Assembly (NCBI GenBank): GCA_965603825.1
Contig: CBFDEM010000043.1
Span: forward strand, 310,001-374,000
Direction: 5' to 3'
DNA: 64,000 nt
DNA from: Blepharisma stoltei ATCC 30299
Lineage: Eukaryota > Protista > Ciliophora
The translations under genes and the position numbers were made by a program. Positions 1 to 10,274 of the stretch are shown here, piece after piece. The notes beneath the pieces were generated by a model, which saw only the letters and a list, made by a program, of their open reading frames with translations, searched no databases and had not been told where the DNA came from. Every line of letters begins with the position of its first letter. Position 1 is the stretch's first letter.

Positions 1-214
1 AAACTGAGATTAGATCTTCATATAATTTTTCTGCGTCATTTCTAATTTCTCTTCAGTTGATGGAATATTCATCATAATCTTCATCTGAGTCTTCTTCAGA
101 CTCAGTGTTTGTGTCTTCTTCTGTTTCTGTGGTGCTGTCTTCTTCAGAATCAGTTGTTTCATCAGTTAGGGATATAGCTTGTAATGTTAAAAGTAGCAAA
201 ATTAAAGCTTTCAT
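1..214 (-). CDS. Secreted/surface acidic protein, 3' end beyond window edge
   Basis: ATG at 214: MKALILLLLTLQAISL (signal-peptide-like), then D/E/T/S-rich TDETTDSEEDSTTETEEDTNTESEEDS; frame open to position 1 if TGA=Trp. Confidence 0.7.
90..161. repeat. 3 x 24-nt imperfect coding tandem repeat
   Basis: Units begin tcttcttc at 90, 114 and 138; encode 8-aa EED-containing repeats on the minus strand. Confidence 0.65.
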
Positions 215-667
215 ATTTATTTAAACGGATACTTTAGGTTGACGATAGAGCTAGAAATTTAAAAAATAGAAGATAAATTTTATACTGCAATAATTATTTA
301 TTTTAATTTATTTATTCTTCAAGAATAATGTGTACAAATTTTAAATATAAAATTAATATTATCTCAAAAATAAATTATTAAATTATTATAAAGAAAATAC
401 AAGTTAATTTAAGAGTTCGTTCTGGAATATATTTAAAGCTAATAAATATTTGAATTCTTTATTGACAAAAACAATTCAATTATTCAAACTTAATTATCAT
501 TATATAAAGCACTTTGAATGAAACCAAAAGCAAAATTATGCCCTTTCTTATTTTTGAGAGCTTTATATGGGTTTTTCAAGGAAATTTCTATCCTTTTTAT
601 CATTGAAATTTGCTTTGGTTTTCCTATAGACATATTTTTCCAGTGACGTTCAGCTATAGAAATTATT

Positions 668-1144
668 ATGGAAAGCCAGAGATTTATTTGCAGGGTTGCA
701 GGCTGCAATAAAGATTACTGCAACCAATTTAACCTAAAGAGACACTACGAAAGCCAACACATGGGTGTAAAGCGCTTCAGATGCAAAATATGCAAGAAAT
801 ATCTTTCATCCAAGCAGAATCTTAAGGAGCATCGGTTTATGCATACAGGCGCAAAGCCTTACGCCTGTCCTTATGAAGGCTGCATGGAATGCTTTCGACA
901 AGGGAGCCAACTTTCTCTACACAAGAAAGTGCATGAGGAGGTAATCAAGCGAGTTAGAGGAATCCCTCAGGTCGAAACAAGTTTAAATCTATTGACGTCT
1001 GTGCTGACAAAAACAGAAAATGAAGACAAAATTGAGTGCATGGCTAAGCTGGAAGAGCAGAATATTGTCCTCCCGTCAATCAGTTCTCCCCAAGTTGGAA
1101 TAATCCTTCCTTCAACTATCAGCAGTCTTGTGATAGTGAGCTAA
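668..1144 (+). CDS. C2H2 zinc-finger protein (3 fingers)
   Basis: CxxxxC..HxxxxH, CxxC..HxxxH, HTGAKPY linker, CxxxxC..HxxxH. Confidence 0.92.
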   Translation: MESQRFICRVAGCNKDYCNQFNLKRHYESQHMGVKRFRCKICKKYLSSKQNLKEHRFMHTGAKPYACPYEGCMECFRQGSQLSLHKKVHEEVIKRVRGIPQVETSLNLLTSVLTKTENEDKIECMAKLEEQNIVLPSISSPQVGIILPSTISSLVIVS

Positions 1145-2210
1145 GAACATACATTAGAGTTAAGTAATATATTTTGTACTCACTCATAAACTTGCTTTGT
1201 TAAAGCCTTAATAAGAAGGTTCAAATCGCTTTATTTTTAAATACTCTATGAAACCAGTAAGTTTAAAGACAAATAACATTCAAATAATACTTCGAGAAAA
1301 TTTATTATATTTATAAGATGATGATTTAATATTTACTTATAGAGAATTTATTACTAATTCAAGATTAGTAGCTCGACATAAAATATATAAATATTAAATA
1401 TAATACTTATAAGATTCTATAATAAGGATTACGCATAAGAGATTTAATTCTCCAGTTTTGATTTGCGGATTTTATGAAATTGATAAAGCTTGATAGTATC
1501 ATAATAGATAAACGAACAAAGTCTCATAAATTGGCTATGATCAGATAAAAATAGATTTGTGTTCGTGAGTATTCTAAACTGCTATTGCAAATATTAAGAA
1601 AATAGTGACTATTTAATGATTTCAACAAAATCTCTTTGATGGATGGCTTGAAGTTCAACATTAAAATCAGTTAAGATTATATCAAAAGTTTTCCAAAATC
1701 CAAATGTTAAGCAAAATTATTCCTTTTTCTCTCAAGGTTTATGTTTTCATTTTTAAACTATATTTAAGCTAAATAATGCGATTATTATGAACAGAATTTA
1801 CTTTTTCATAGAAGTAAACTATTTTTAATTTTTTTCCTGCATATCTCATTGAATAGAATTATTAAGTATTATAGAATGGCATTTAATGAAGTATATCCCA
1901 AGCCAAAAGCAATAGTAAATTGATAGAGAATAAATTATTGATTAGTATTATTTTCAATTTATTGAAAAATTCAGCTTCTTTCTTTATAGGAATGATAAAT
2001 TTATTATTATAGTTTAAATGGAAATCTCATTTAAAATCAATTTATATGGATTAAAATTGGTAATTATGGCCATTGAGATGCTGTGATTAAAAATAGCTAA
2101 TTATTAAATCTTCATTAGTCAATTGACGGATCAATAATCCTTGAAAACAGATTATTTTATTTCATAATTTATCTTTTATCTTAGGGTTTATCTTTTTTAT
2201 TTTTAGTTCG

Positions 2211-2484
2211 TCTTTAAGTTTTTGCACTCTCGAATTTACTTCTCTATGCATTTTTTATGCAAAGAAAGCTGACTTCATTGTCTAAATTGCTTTCTGCAGC
2301 CAAAAACTTTGCATACAAAAGGTTTTTCGTTCGTATATTTAAGAGTATTCTCTCTGATACAAATCTCACACTAATATATCTGAGCTTCTCCGTGCGCAGC
2401 TTTATAATGATTATTTAAGTTTTCTTGGTTGCTATAGTTTCTATTGCATCCTGTTATAGTACAAATAAACCTTTCAGTCTTTAT
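2211..2484 (-). pseudogene. Decayed C2H2 zinc-finger paralog of 668..1144
   Basis: Hand translation: (I)KTERFICTITGCNRNYSNQENLNNHYKAAHGEAQIY*CEICIRENTLKYTNEKPFVCKVFGCRKQFRQWSQLSLHKK-frameshift-HREVNSRVQK; ATA at the expected start, in-frame TAG, shortened finger 2, 1-nt frameshift. Confidence 0.8.
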
Positions 2485-2674
2485 ATTTTTTCTGTCTTCT
2501 ATAGTGATAAAATATTCATATTTTCTGCCATCAAATAAAGACTAAATAGTCTAATTATTATGATGAGTGTATGAAAATAAATTTTATTAGCAAAAGTTTA
2601 TTTTGCCAGCAATCATTTTTCACTATCTAAGTTTAATAATAATAAAATTAAAAGATCACCCAACTTTTGAGAAA

Positions 2675-3271
2675 TTAATAGTCAATGTTGAGTCCACCTT
2701 CATTATAAACCAATAGCTGTCTTCCTAAGTATAATTTCATTATTAAGTAAGCAGTAAAGAAGACATAAAATATCCCTGTAATAGCTCCTAGCACAATTAT
2801 AGAGACTGAAGAATTATAAGTGCTTACATCTTTGCTTCTGCAATCCTTGTTTGCTGAAAGTTCTGATATCATCATAAAAACCAAAAATAGCAGAAAGGCA
2901 TTTAAAACTGTAGAAATTGCAATGAATCGAAATCATTGAGTATCAGATGTCCATTTATGAGCAGAGATTCAGAGCTGATACATGCCATTTAGGAAGAAAA
3001 AAAATATTGTTAGATTCCTGACATATTCTAATCCTGATGAGCAGCTCGTGTTGAAGCCAAGACTTATCCCAACGACCATTAACTCTATGAAGAAAATGAG
3101 GGTATTTATAATTCCTATTATGAGGAAAATACATTGAGAAGGATTTCTTCATAAGGGAGCTGTGGTGCCTCCAAATTGCGTTTCTTCGCTTTTAGTAGGT
3201 ACTTTAATTCCTCAATCACAGATTCTTTTAGCCATAGTCTTGATAATGAACTTATAGTTCTTTTTGATCAT
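2675..3271 (-). CDS. Multi-pass membrane protein (about 4 TM), unknown function
   Basis: One frame open from ATG 3271 (or 3235) to TAA 2675 with four internal TGA; hydrophobic stretches such as CIFLIIGIINTLIFFIELMVVGI and FIAISTVLNAFLLFLVFMMI. Confidence 0.7.
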
Positions 3272-3472
3272 GAGTAATTTATAAGAATCATCCCATTTTT
3301 ACAATACTCTAAAAATTAATGGCTTTGGAATATATTTTAGATTATAATTTTATCAATAAATTGATACAATTACAAGAGTATTATATTTGTATAGAAGCTA
3401 TGTTTATTAAAATATTGTTTCAATAACTTAAGAACCATTTAAATTCCAATTAAATTTAGATATAAAGTCTAT

Positions 3473-3952
3473 TTAATCATTTATTCGGGTTTTTGTCCAT
3501 TTCGTCTTTTCAGCGATAATTCCTTGATTTGATGTATAATCGTTCATATCAGGTTTTAATAGCATTGCTTGATAAGTAGTTCTAAAAACGCTTTTACTGT
3601 TATAGCTAGATCTGTCACCAATTTCAATTTGGCTTGAATTTTTATACGGAGCTATGAAATCTGCTTGCGGCAAACGGTTTCTATAAGATTCTGGATTGTA
3701 AGGAACCAAAGGCTTTTTGTCCATACCTACGTGCATATTTGGAAAAGTTTGATAAGTTGCATCTGCATGGGAAACAACTTCAGCGGAACGTCGTTGGTTA
3801 GTCCATGAGTTTTTTGCTTTATAACCTGTTTTTTTGCATGGAAAAGCAACTGCCCTTGCTTGGCCATTTGAAGCAGAAACGTATTGGCATGAGGTTACTC
3901 TCGTAGCTTTAAAGAAAGGAGCTGGCATTGAATCCTTAATTGATTCAGACAT
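3473..3952 (-). CDS. Hypothetical protein (possible ciliary microtubule-associated protein)
   Basis: ORF from ATG 3952 (MSESIKDS); PYNP and FRTTYQ short motifs; no firm family. Confidence 0.7.
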   Translation of the reverse strand: MSESIKDSMPAPFFKATRVTSCQYVSASNGQARAVAFPCKKTGYKAKNSWTNQRRSAEVVSHADATYQTFPNMHVGMDKKPLVPYNPESYRNRLPQADFIAPYKNSSQIEIGDRSSYNSKSVFRTTYQAMLLKPDMNDYTSNQGIIAEKTKWTKTRIND

Positions 3953-4732
3953 TTTATAAAATAGCCAAGCAGTTAAATTGATGTTTTTCATAGAATACTT
4001 AAACTGCAGTTTTGGAAAAATCAAATATGTGGAAAATTGAAATGTATTAATTTTAAATAAAGAGATTCTTTAACTTGAAAAATTATATATATAAATTAAT
4101 GAAATCTATTATTTAAATCATATGAATTCTAATTAAGATTAGAATATCTCATGCCTTTTATTACTTGTGATGCATAAACGAATGCATTGGTGTTGGCTAG
4201 TTCAACATTCCGCATGGTCTTATGCATTACAGCAAAAGACTAAGGCATTTTCTATGTTGAAAATTAAATTAAATAGCAAACTTCGAATGTTAAAGGTTTT
4301 TAAAGTTAAAATTCTACGGTTTCTTATATAATAAACCTTCGTTAAACCGAGAATAAACCTTTAAATTCTCCATGAGAAATAACGATAAACATAAAGAAAA
4401 GATGATGCTTTAAATCAATGAGTCATTGCCTTTATTGTTTTTTTCTGATTTAGTTGTAAAAATCTCAAAAATTAAATTATTAAAAGCTTAGAGACTAATT
4501 TTCAATTGTTGATTATCCGAATGCATTATATTTTTGTTGAGCATTCTCACCAAGTTCAAAACAATTTGACAGCAAAATCTCATTAAAGGCTAATAATACT
4601 GAAAACCCTTATTCTGAATTTCCTTATTTTTATTTGCTTCTGCTAAATCGCAATTTCCAACTGAGTCTTAAATCAAATTCCCGTGCCATTTATACTTCAG
4701 TGAATCTTATCAGATGTTCGCAATAATAAAAA

Positions 4733-5320
4733 ATGTCAGCACTTAAAGGCTTATGTAGCTCTTTAATCAAAATGAAAAACTCTCCAATATCAAGCTTATG
4801 CAGTGAAAATTGTTTAAAACTATTTTCAATAAAAAAAACTGTTCACGTAGATCTATTATCTTACCTTGAATTTATAGTAGATTATTTATCATGCTCAAAA
4901 AATGTTTTAGCTATTTCTTACTCAATCCTAGAATCTCTCTCAAAAAAAAATCCTACATTTCACATTTCTGACGAAAATATCCAGAGACTTATTTTTATTT
5001 CTATTGTGATTGCAATGAAATTTGCAGAAGATTACCACATATCTAATGCGAAATTTGCTAAAATTGGTGGTATTAGGTTAAAAGAACTAAATAATTTAGA
5101 AATTATTTTACTTACAAATATAGATTGAAAAATATGAAATGACGACAGTGAAAAGCACTGTAAAGAATTAATTGAAAATTGAGAAAATTATAAAGAACTT
5201 GGCGATGAGAAAGATGAGGATACGGATTATTCTGATGAAGAAAACACTGGGAGCTTCGAAGAGTTGACCAACTTTTCAGAACTCAGTGACTTTTTCTTTA
5301 CCAATAATGACAAAATGTAA
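4733..5320 (+). CDS. PHO80/U-type cyclin with acidic tail
   Basis: RLIFISIVIAMKFAEDYHISNAKFAKIGGIRLKELNNLE cyclin box; continues LTNID-W(TGA)-KI to TAA 5318-5320. Confidence 0.88.
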
Positions 5321-5350
5321 AATATTTATTTTATTAATTTATAATTAAAT

Positions 5351-5809
5351 ATGCTCAGCAGGGCTCAGAAGCGTCTTCAGAGAGAATATGAAGAGATGAT
5401 AAGGCATTATTCAGAGACTTTTCCGCTAGAAATTCCTGATAGTGATCCTAATCGGATGACATGATATGTAAGCTTTGTAGGGGCAGAAGGGAGTGTTTAT
5501 GCTGGAGAAAGATATACATTGGAATTCAAATTTAGTGATAGCTACCCTATAGAAGCTCCAGACGTAATTTTTAAAGGAGCATACCCTCATCATCAGCATG
5601 TCTATTCAAATGGTTATATTTGCTTGTCTATTTTATATGATGATTGGTCTCCTTCTATGAAAGTTAGCTCAGTTGTTATGAGCATCCAGTCAATGTTGTC
5701 AAGTGCAACACAAAAATCAAGACCCACTAATGATGCTAGTTTTATTAGTTATGCAGGAGGGAGAAGCCCGAAGACGTTTAATTGGATTTTTGAAGATGAA
5801 AAGTGCTAA
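5351..5809 (+). CDS. UBE2W: Ubiquitin-conjugating enzyme E2 W
   Basis: RAQKRLQRE start; W(TGA 5462)YVSFVGAEGSVYAGE; HQHVYSNGYICLSIL..DWSP and C-terminal W..EDEKC typical of UBE2W. Confidence 0.88.
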
Positions 5810-5955
5810 ATTAAATGCAAAATCAGATAATAAATAAATGATAAAATCATAAAATAGAAGTATTTATAAAGAAATAGCTAAATCTAAGAGAAATAACCAA
5901 TTTTTGTATAATTTCAATAAGTCCATATTTCTTAAAAATAGTTTTAGCAGTTTAA

Positions 5956-7551
5956 ATGGGTGCATACGAACCGCTCCTAGAAGAAAACAATGAGCTTCGC
6001 AAAGCATTATCCTCAACTAAAGAGCTTGTAGAACGATATAGATCAGATAATGAAAATCTCCGTAGAATGCATGAAGATTTTAAACTTCATCATGAGCGCC
6101 TTAAAAAAGAGTGCCAAGAATCTCAAGCAAAGTGCATTGAAGCTGTCAAAAGTAGGCGAGAAACTGAATCTTATTATGAAAACTATGTCCAAAGGCTAAA
6201 AAACTCAATCGAGCAAGGTAAAAAAGAATTCGACGAAATGCAAGCAAAAATGATGCCGCCAGTTGACAATGAAATTTTGCGTTTAAAGCTTGTAGAAGAA
6301 ATAGAAGGTCCTATGAAAATCGCTATAGAAAACAAAGTTGAAGAATGCAGTCGCCTTCAAGATATTGTCAACGATTTAAAGAGAAATCTCGAATTGCTGC
6401 AGCTTCAATATGGAAGCTACAGATCAGAAGCTGAAAAAGAGCTTCGAGATATGAAAGATCGCCATAATTCTGAAGTCAACCAGTACTTTAAAGAAGTTCA
6501 GCAGCTTCAAGAAAGGCTAGAAGACGCTTCAGACAAAGACATAATTCGAGCCCTTAAAAAAGAAAGAGACGAGTTCAAGCTGAGGGTAGAAAAATTATTC
6601 GAAGAATGCGACGAAATCAGAAAATCACGAGACGCAATAAAAAATGAAAAAAATGATTTAATGATTAGATATAACCATGATGTAGAAGAAGAAAAAAACA
6701 AGCAAAGAATCCTTAACATTGATAAAGATAAATTCGCTATACAAAATAAAGATTTGCAAGAACAACTTTATAAGCTTAGACTAACACATGATGCTAAACT
6801 GCAAGAAATCCTTACTCTTAAAAAAGATATAGAAACATTAACAGCTAGTTTGGAAGCTTCAGAAAGCCAAGCAAATTATTATAAAGAAGAAGCTGCAGAA
6901 TACCAGCACAAACTTCAAGAAAAAGATAGCCAGATTGAAATGAGGGCCAGAGAACTTTCTAAAGCGGAAAGAGAAAAATATCAAAAAGAAAAAGAAGAAA
7001 AGGAAAAGCTGCAAAGAAAAATTGATGAGCTAGCTGCAAAAGAAAGAGAACTGAGTTCACAGCTGAACAGCACAGAAAGTGACTTAAAATATGAGCTTGA
7101 TAGTGTGAAACAAGAAAACAGGAACATAAAAGATAACATGAAACTATTAGAAAGCAAGCTTGAAGCTGCTAAGAATGAGTCAGAAATGCTGAGAAACTCA
7201 AAAGAGCTTAAGGAACATGATAGTGATAAAGTAGAAGAAGAATTCAAAATATTACAAGAAAAATATACAGAACTGTCGAGAAGAGAAAAAGATGCAGTGC
7301 TTCAGAAAAATGCGTTAGAAGAAAAGCTGGGAAGACTTGAAGAAGACTTGAGAAGAGGAGGAAACCCGCAGGCGTTTGAAAATCTTAAGTCAGAGTTTAT
7401 AAAACTTGAGCAAAAATTAAATGTTGCTAAAGCCAAAGTTTCTGAGTATAAACAGAAAGTAAGGCATGGGAATGAAAAATTGAACGAGTTAGGATTAAAG
7501 CTTGTTCAAAGCGAGAAGGAAAGGCAAAATCTTTTAAGGCAAAGTAAATAA
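5956..7551 (+). CDS. Coiled-coil protein, CEP83/CCDC41-like distal appendage protein
   Basis: Long coiled coil; EFDEMQAKMMPPVDNEILRLKLVEEIEGPM resembles the CEP83 N-terminal region (recalled similarity). Confidence 0.6.
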   Translation: MGAYEPLLEENNELRKALSSTKELVERYRSDNENLRRMHEDFKLHHERLKKECQESQAKCIEAVKSRRETESYYENYVQRLKNSIEQGKKEFDEMQAKMMPPVDNEILRLKLVEEIEGPMKIAIENKVEECSRLQDIVNDLKRNLELLQLQYGSYRSEAEKELRDMKDRHNSEVNQYFKEVQQLQERLEDASDKDIIRALKKERDEFKLRVEKLFEECDEIRKSRDAIKNEKNDLMIRYNHDVEEEKNKQRILNIDKDKFAIQNKDLQEQLYKLRLTHDAKLQEILTLKKDIETLTASLEASESQANYYKEEAAEYQHKLQEKDSQIEMRARELSKAEREKYQKEKEEKEKLQRKIDELAAKERELSSQLNSTESDLKYELDSVKQENRNIKDNMKLLESKLEAAKNESEMLRNSKELKEHDSDKVEEEFKILQEKYTELSRREKDAVLQKNALEEKLGRLEEDLRRGGNPQAFENLKSEFIKLEQKLNVAKAKVSEYKQKVRHGNEKLNELGLKLVQSEKERQNLLRQSK

Positions 7552-7561
7552 TTATAATAAA

Positions 7562-9091
7562 ATGTTTCAGGCTCAAAATGGAATTTTGTATGTAACTGTT
7601 ATATCTGGACATTTGGAAACAACAATTGTAAACTTGAAGACTTATGTCCAGCTGACTATAGGATCTCAAACTTTCAATTCTCAAGTTACAACTGGAATAT
7701 CACCTGTGTGACAGTTTTCTCAGGTATTTCAGCTAAATAAAGAGGTTGTGTTGAGTATAAAAGTTATAAACCAAACCCCTCAAAAAGAAATGTTCATGGG
7801 ACAGAATATGATTAACTTAAAAAATATTCGGTTTATGAAAATAATCGGTGGAGAGTATCCAATTTACTTGGATAATAAGCCAGTTGGAGATTTGATTATC
7901 AGGCTTCATTATGAAGATAAAGATAGCTTGAGTGTTTTATCTGATGCAAGCATTACAAGAAACTCGAAGCATCAAGAAACAAAACAGTTAAAAGGAAACA
8001 ATTCGCACCCGAATCTTAATGCCACCTCAAAATATCGGTTATCAGAAAACAATTCTCCTGATATAAGTCGTGAAATTCCAATAGAAAATCATGAAAGAGC
8101 TACTATTCAAGATGAATCCAAGGAAGGGAAAAAACCTAAGAAAGAAAATAAACAAAAAACCGAAGATCATAATGCTCATACCGAAAATATATCCATCGAA
8201 GACTCAAAAACTGCTCAACAAGCTGCAAAGAGCCATTTACCATCAAAAATTAATATTTCAGATATTTCGATCTCAAAACTTAACATTAAGAATCAGCTCA
8301 ACTCAAAAAATAATAAAAAAACTTATGACGGAATTCTAGCTCTTGATGTAGGCTATGAAGTAATAATTAAAGAAACAATTTTTGAAAGCATCGATGAATT
8401 AAAAACTAGTCAGCAAACTGAATTAAAGCTATGCAAATTAAAGCATCCTAGCATATGCACAATTATTACTTCTCTTCAAAATACAAATAGCCAAAACTTT
8501 TCTAATTATTTAGTTAGAGAAAAATGTGAAGGGTCAATTTTACTCGATTGAATTAATTCTCGAAGAGAGAAAAAAGAATTTTTAAGTGAAGACCAGATTT
8601 ATTTCTATATAAAATCTCTTGTGAGTGCTTTTACTTATTTTGAAGAGTCTCATTTCATGCATGGTGCTATCACTCCAAAGACTTTTATTGTTTCCGAAAA
8701 TTCGATTAAACTTATTAAATTTGGCCTCCTTAAGCCGAGTTATCCAGATTATTTTGCAGAAACTCGATCAAATTCAATTCATGTAACTGCTCCATATTTC
8801 AGTCCTCCTGTTCTCCAAAGTTATCTAAAGTTCATTAAAACGGGGAGTTTCCATATATCTCATGATATCCACAAATCTGACGTTTTTTCGCTTGGCTTAG
8901 TTTTCCTTCAAATGGCAACTTTGAATCCTCCTTGTGGGCTAAATGATTTATCCACAAATCTTGAAGACCGTATTTCATTGATTATTGAATCTATCTCTTA
9001 CACAAATCGTATTAAATCAATACTAAAAATGATGCTATCTCTTGAAGAAGACTCAAGACCAGACTTTAAAAATCTTAATGAATTAATTTAG
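7562..9091 (+). CDS. C2-domain + protein-kinase-like protein (predicted pseudokinase)
   Basis: ATG 7562, GILYVTVISG...SPV-W(TGA)-QFSQVF C2 pattern; joins ORFs 7748-8551 and 8621-9091 via TGA; kinase C-lobe KSDVFSLGL..RPDF; catalytic motifs degenerate. Confidence 0.8.
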
Positions 9092-9277
9092 ATTTACATT
9101 AGCAAGCGTTGCAAGTATTAAACTTTATTTTATTAATAATTTGAAGAATCGATTTATTTATATTTAAGAAAATATTGTAGGCTTATAAAAATAGTAAAAG
9201 CTATGAAGTGTTTTAATAGGAGTCAATTAATTCTGTTTGGTTATTATATTATAAAGATTTACTAATGAATTTTATAA

Positions 9278-10252
9278 ATGGATCCAAAAGAACTGCCTTT
9301 AATTAGACCAAGACAAAAACGCAGTACTTCTAGTCCTTGTATAAAATGAAGACACCAAATAGAAAGACATCCTAAAGCTACTCTTTTTTGACAGATTTTT
9401 ATAGGTATTTTTGCTTTTCTTCATTTTTTGGTTTCTTTTGGAATCCTCACAGTAATCTTTATTCAGATTCTTCCCGGACACAGAAAATATGAGCTATCCC
9501 TTGTTCCTTTGATTTGCTTATCAGTTGAAATATCTGTATTATGCAATACCATGCTTGGAGTCGTGATTTATCTGCTTGTAAAACGTAAAAAAGGCATGGC
9601 TACTTGGCATCGGTCAGTGATAGGAATCTTAATTAGAAATATTTTTATTTCGGCAGCCTTTGTGATTACCCTGATACTATCAATATTTTATATAGAAACC
9701 ACTAGAAAAAGCATACTTATCCATTCAGTGTCCACTATATCTGCTCCATTGATTATCCTTTGTATCATTTCGATCCTAAAAATAGTCTTTTTAGAGACCT
9801 CTTATACCTGGTATTGGCTATCTCTGAATATTTTAGGCCTTTCTGAAATTTTTATATTAATTATGAAAGAAGATTATGACTATAGAATATCCTGATGTGT
9901 ATCATTGACCCCTATATGGCTATTCTTCATTATTCATCTGGCTTTTTCTTTTACTTTATTCACAGTAAAATCAAGGAATATTGCAAAATTGCTTTTAGTG
10001 TTTTCTATGATTGGGTCTATATGTGGAAGTAGTTCGATAGCCTTTTTAGCAGTATTTTTAGATGGGCATGATAATAGCTGAGATAAATTTATGATGTTTG
10101 GGTGGGCTGCTCTTTTTTGGTTTACCTTTGCTTATGCCTATAGCTTTGGAAAATGGGCTATAGGCACTTTATTTTGTCATATAGAGTTTGAATTTATTCA
10201 ATCAAAAAAGCGTCTTAATTTAAGAGCTAAAACTTGAGAAGTTTTATTATAA
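9278..10252 (+). CDS. Multi-pass membrane protein, TMEM185-like
   Basis: Frame open from ATG 9278 to TAA 10250-10252 with TGA=Trp; many hydrophobic helices; ISW..SLTPIW motif. Confidence 0.7.
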
Positions 10253-10274
10253 TGCGTTATTTAATCAATAATTA

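Noticed and set aside
1512-1566. Imperfect hairpin ACGAACAAAGTCT...AGATTTGTGTTCGT
   Set aside because: One bulged stem in AT-rich DNA with no box motifs; insufficient for an ncRNA call
6507-7247. Antisense ORFs over coding genes (also 10579, 14776, 27777, 58298, 62537 and others)
   Set aside because: Shadow frames of real genes, Ser/Phe/Leu-rich, with no family motifs
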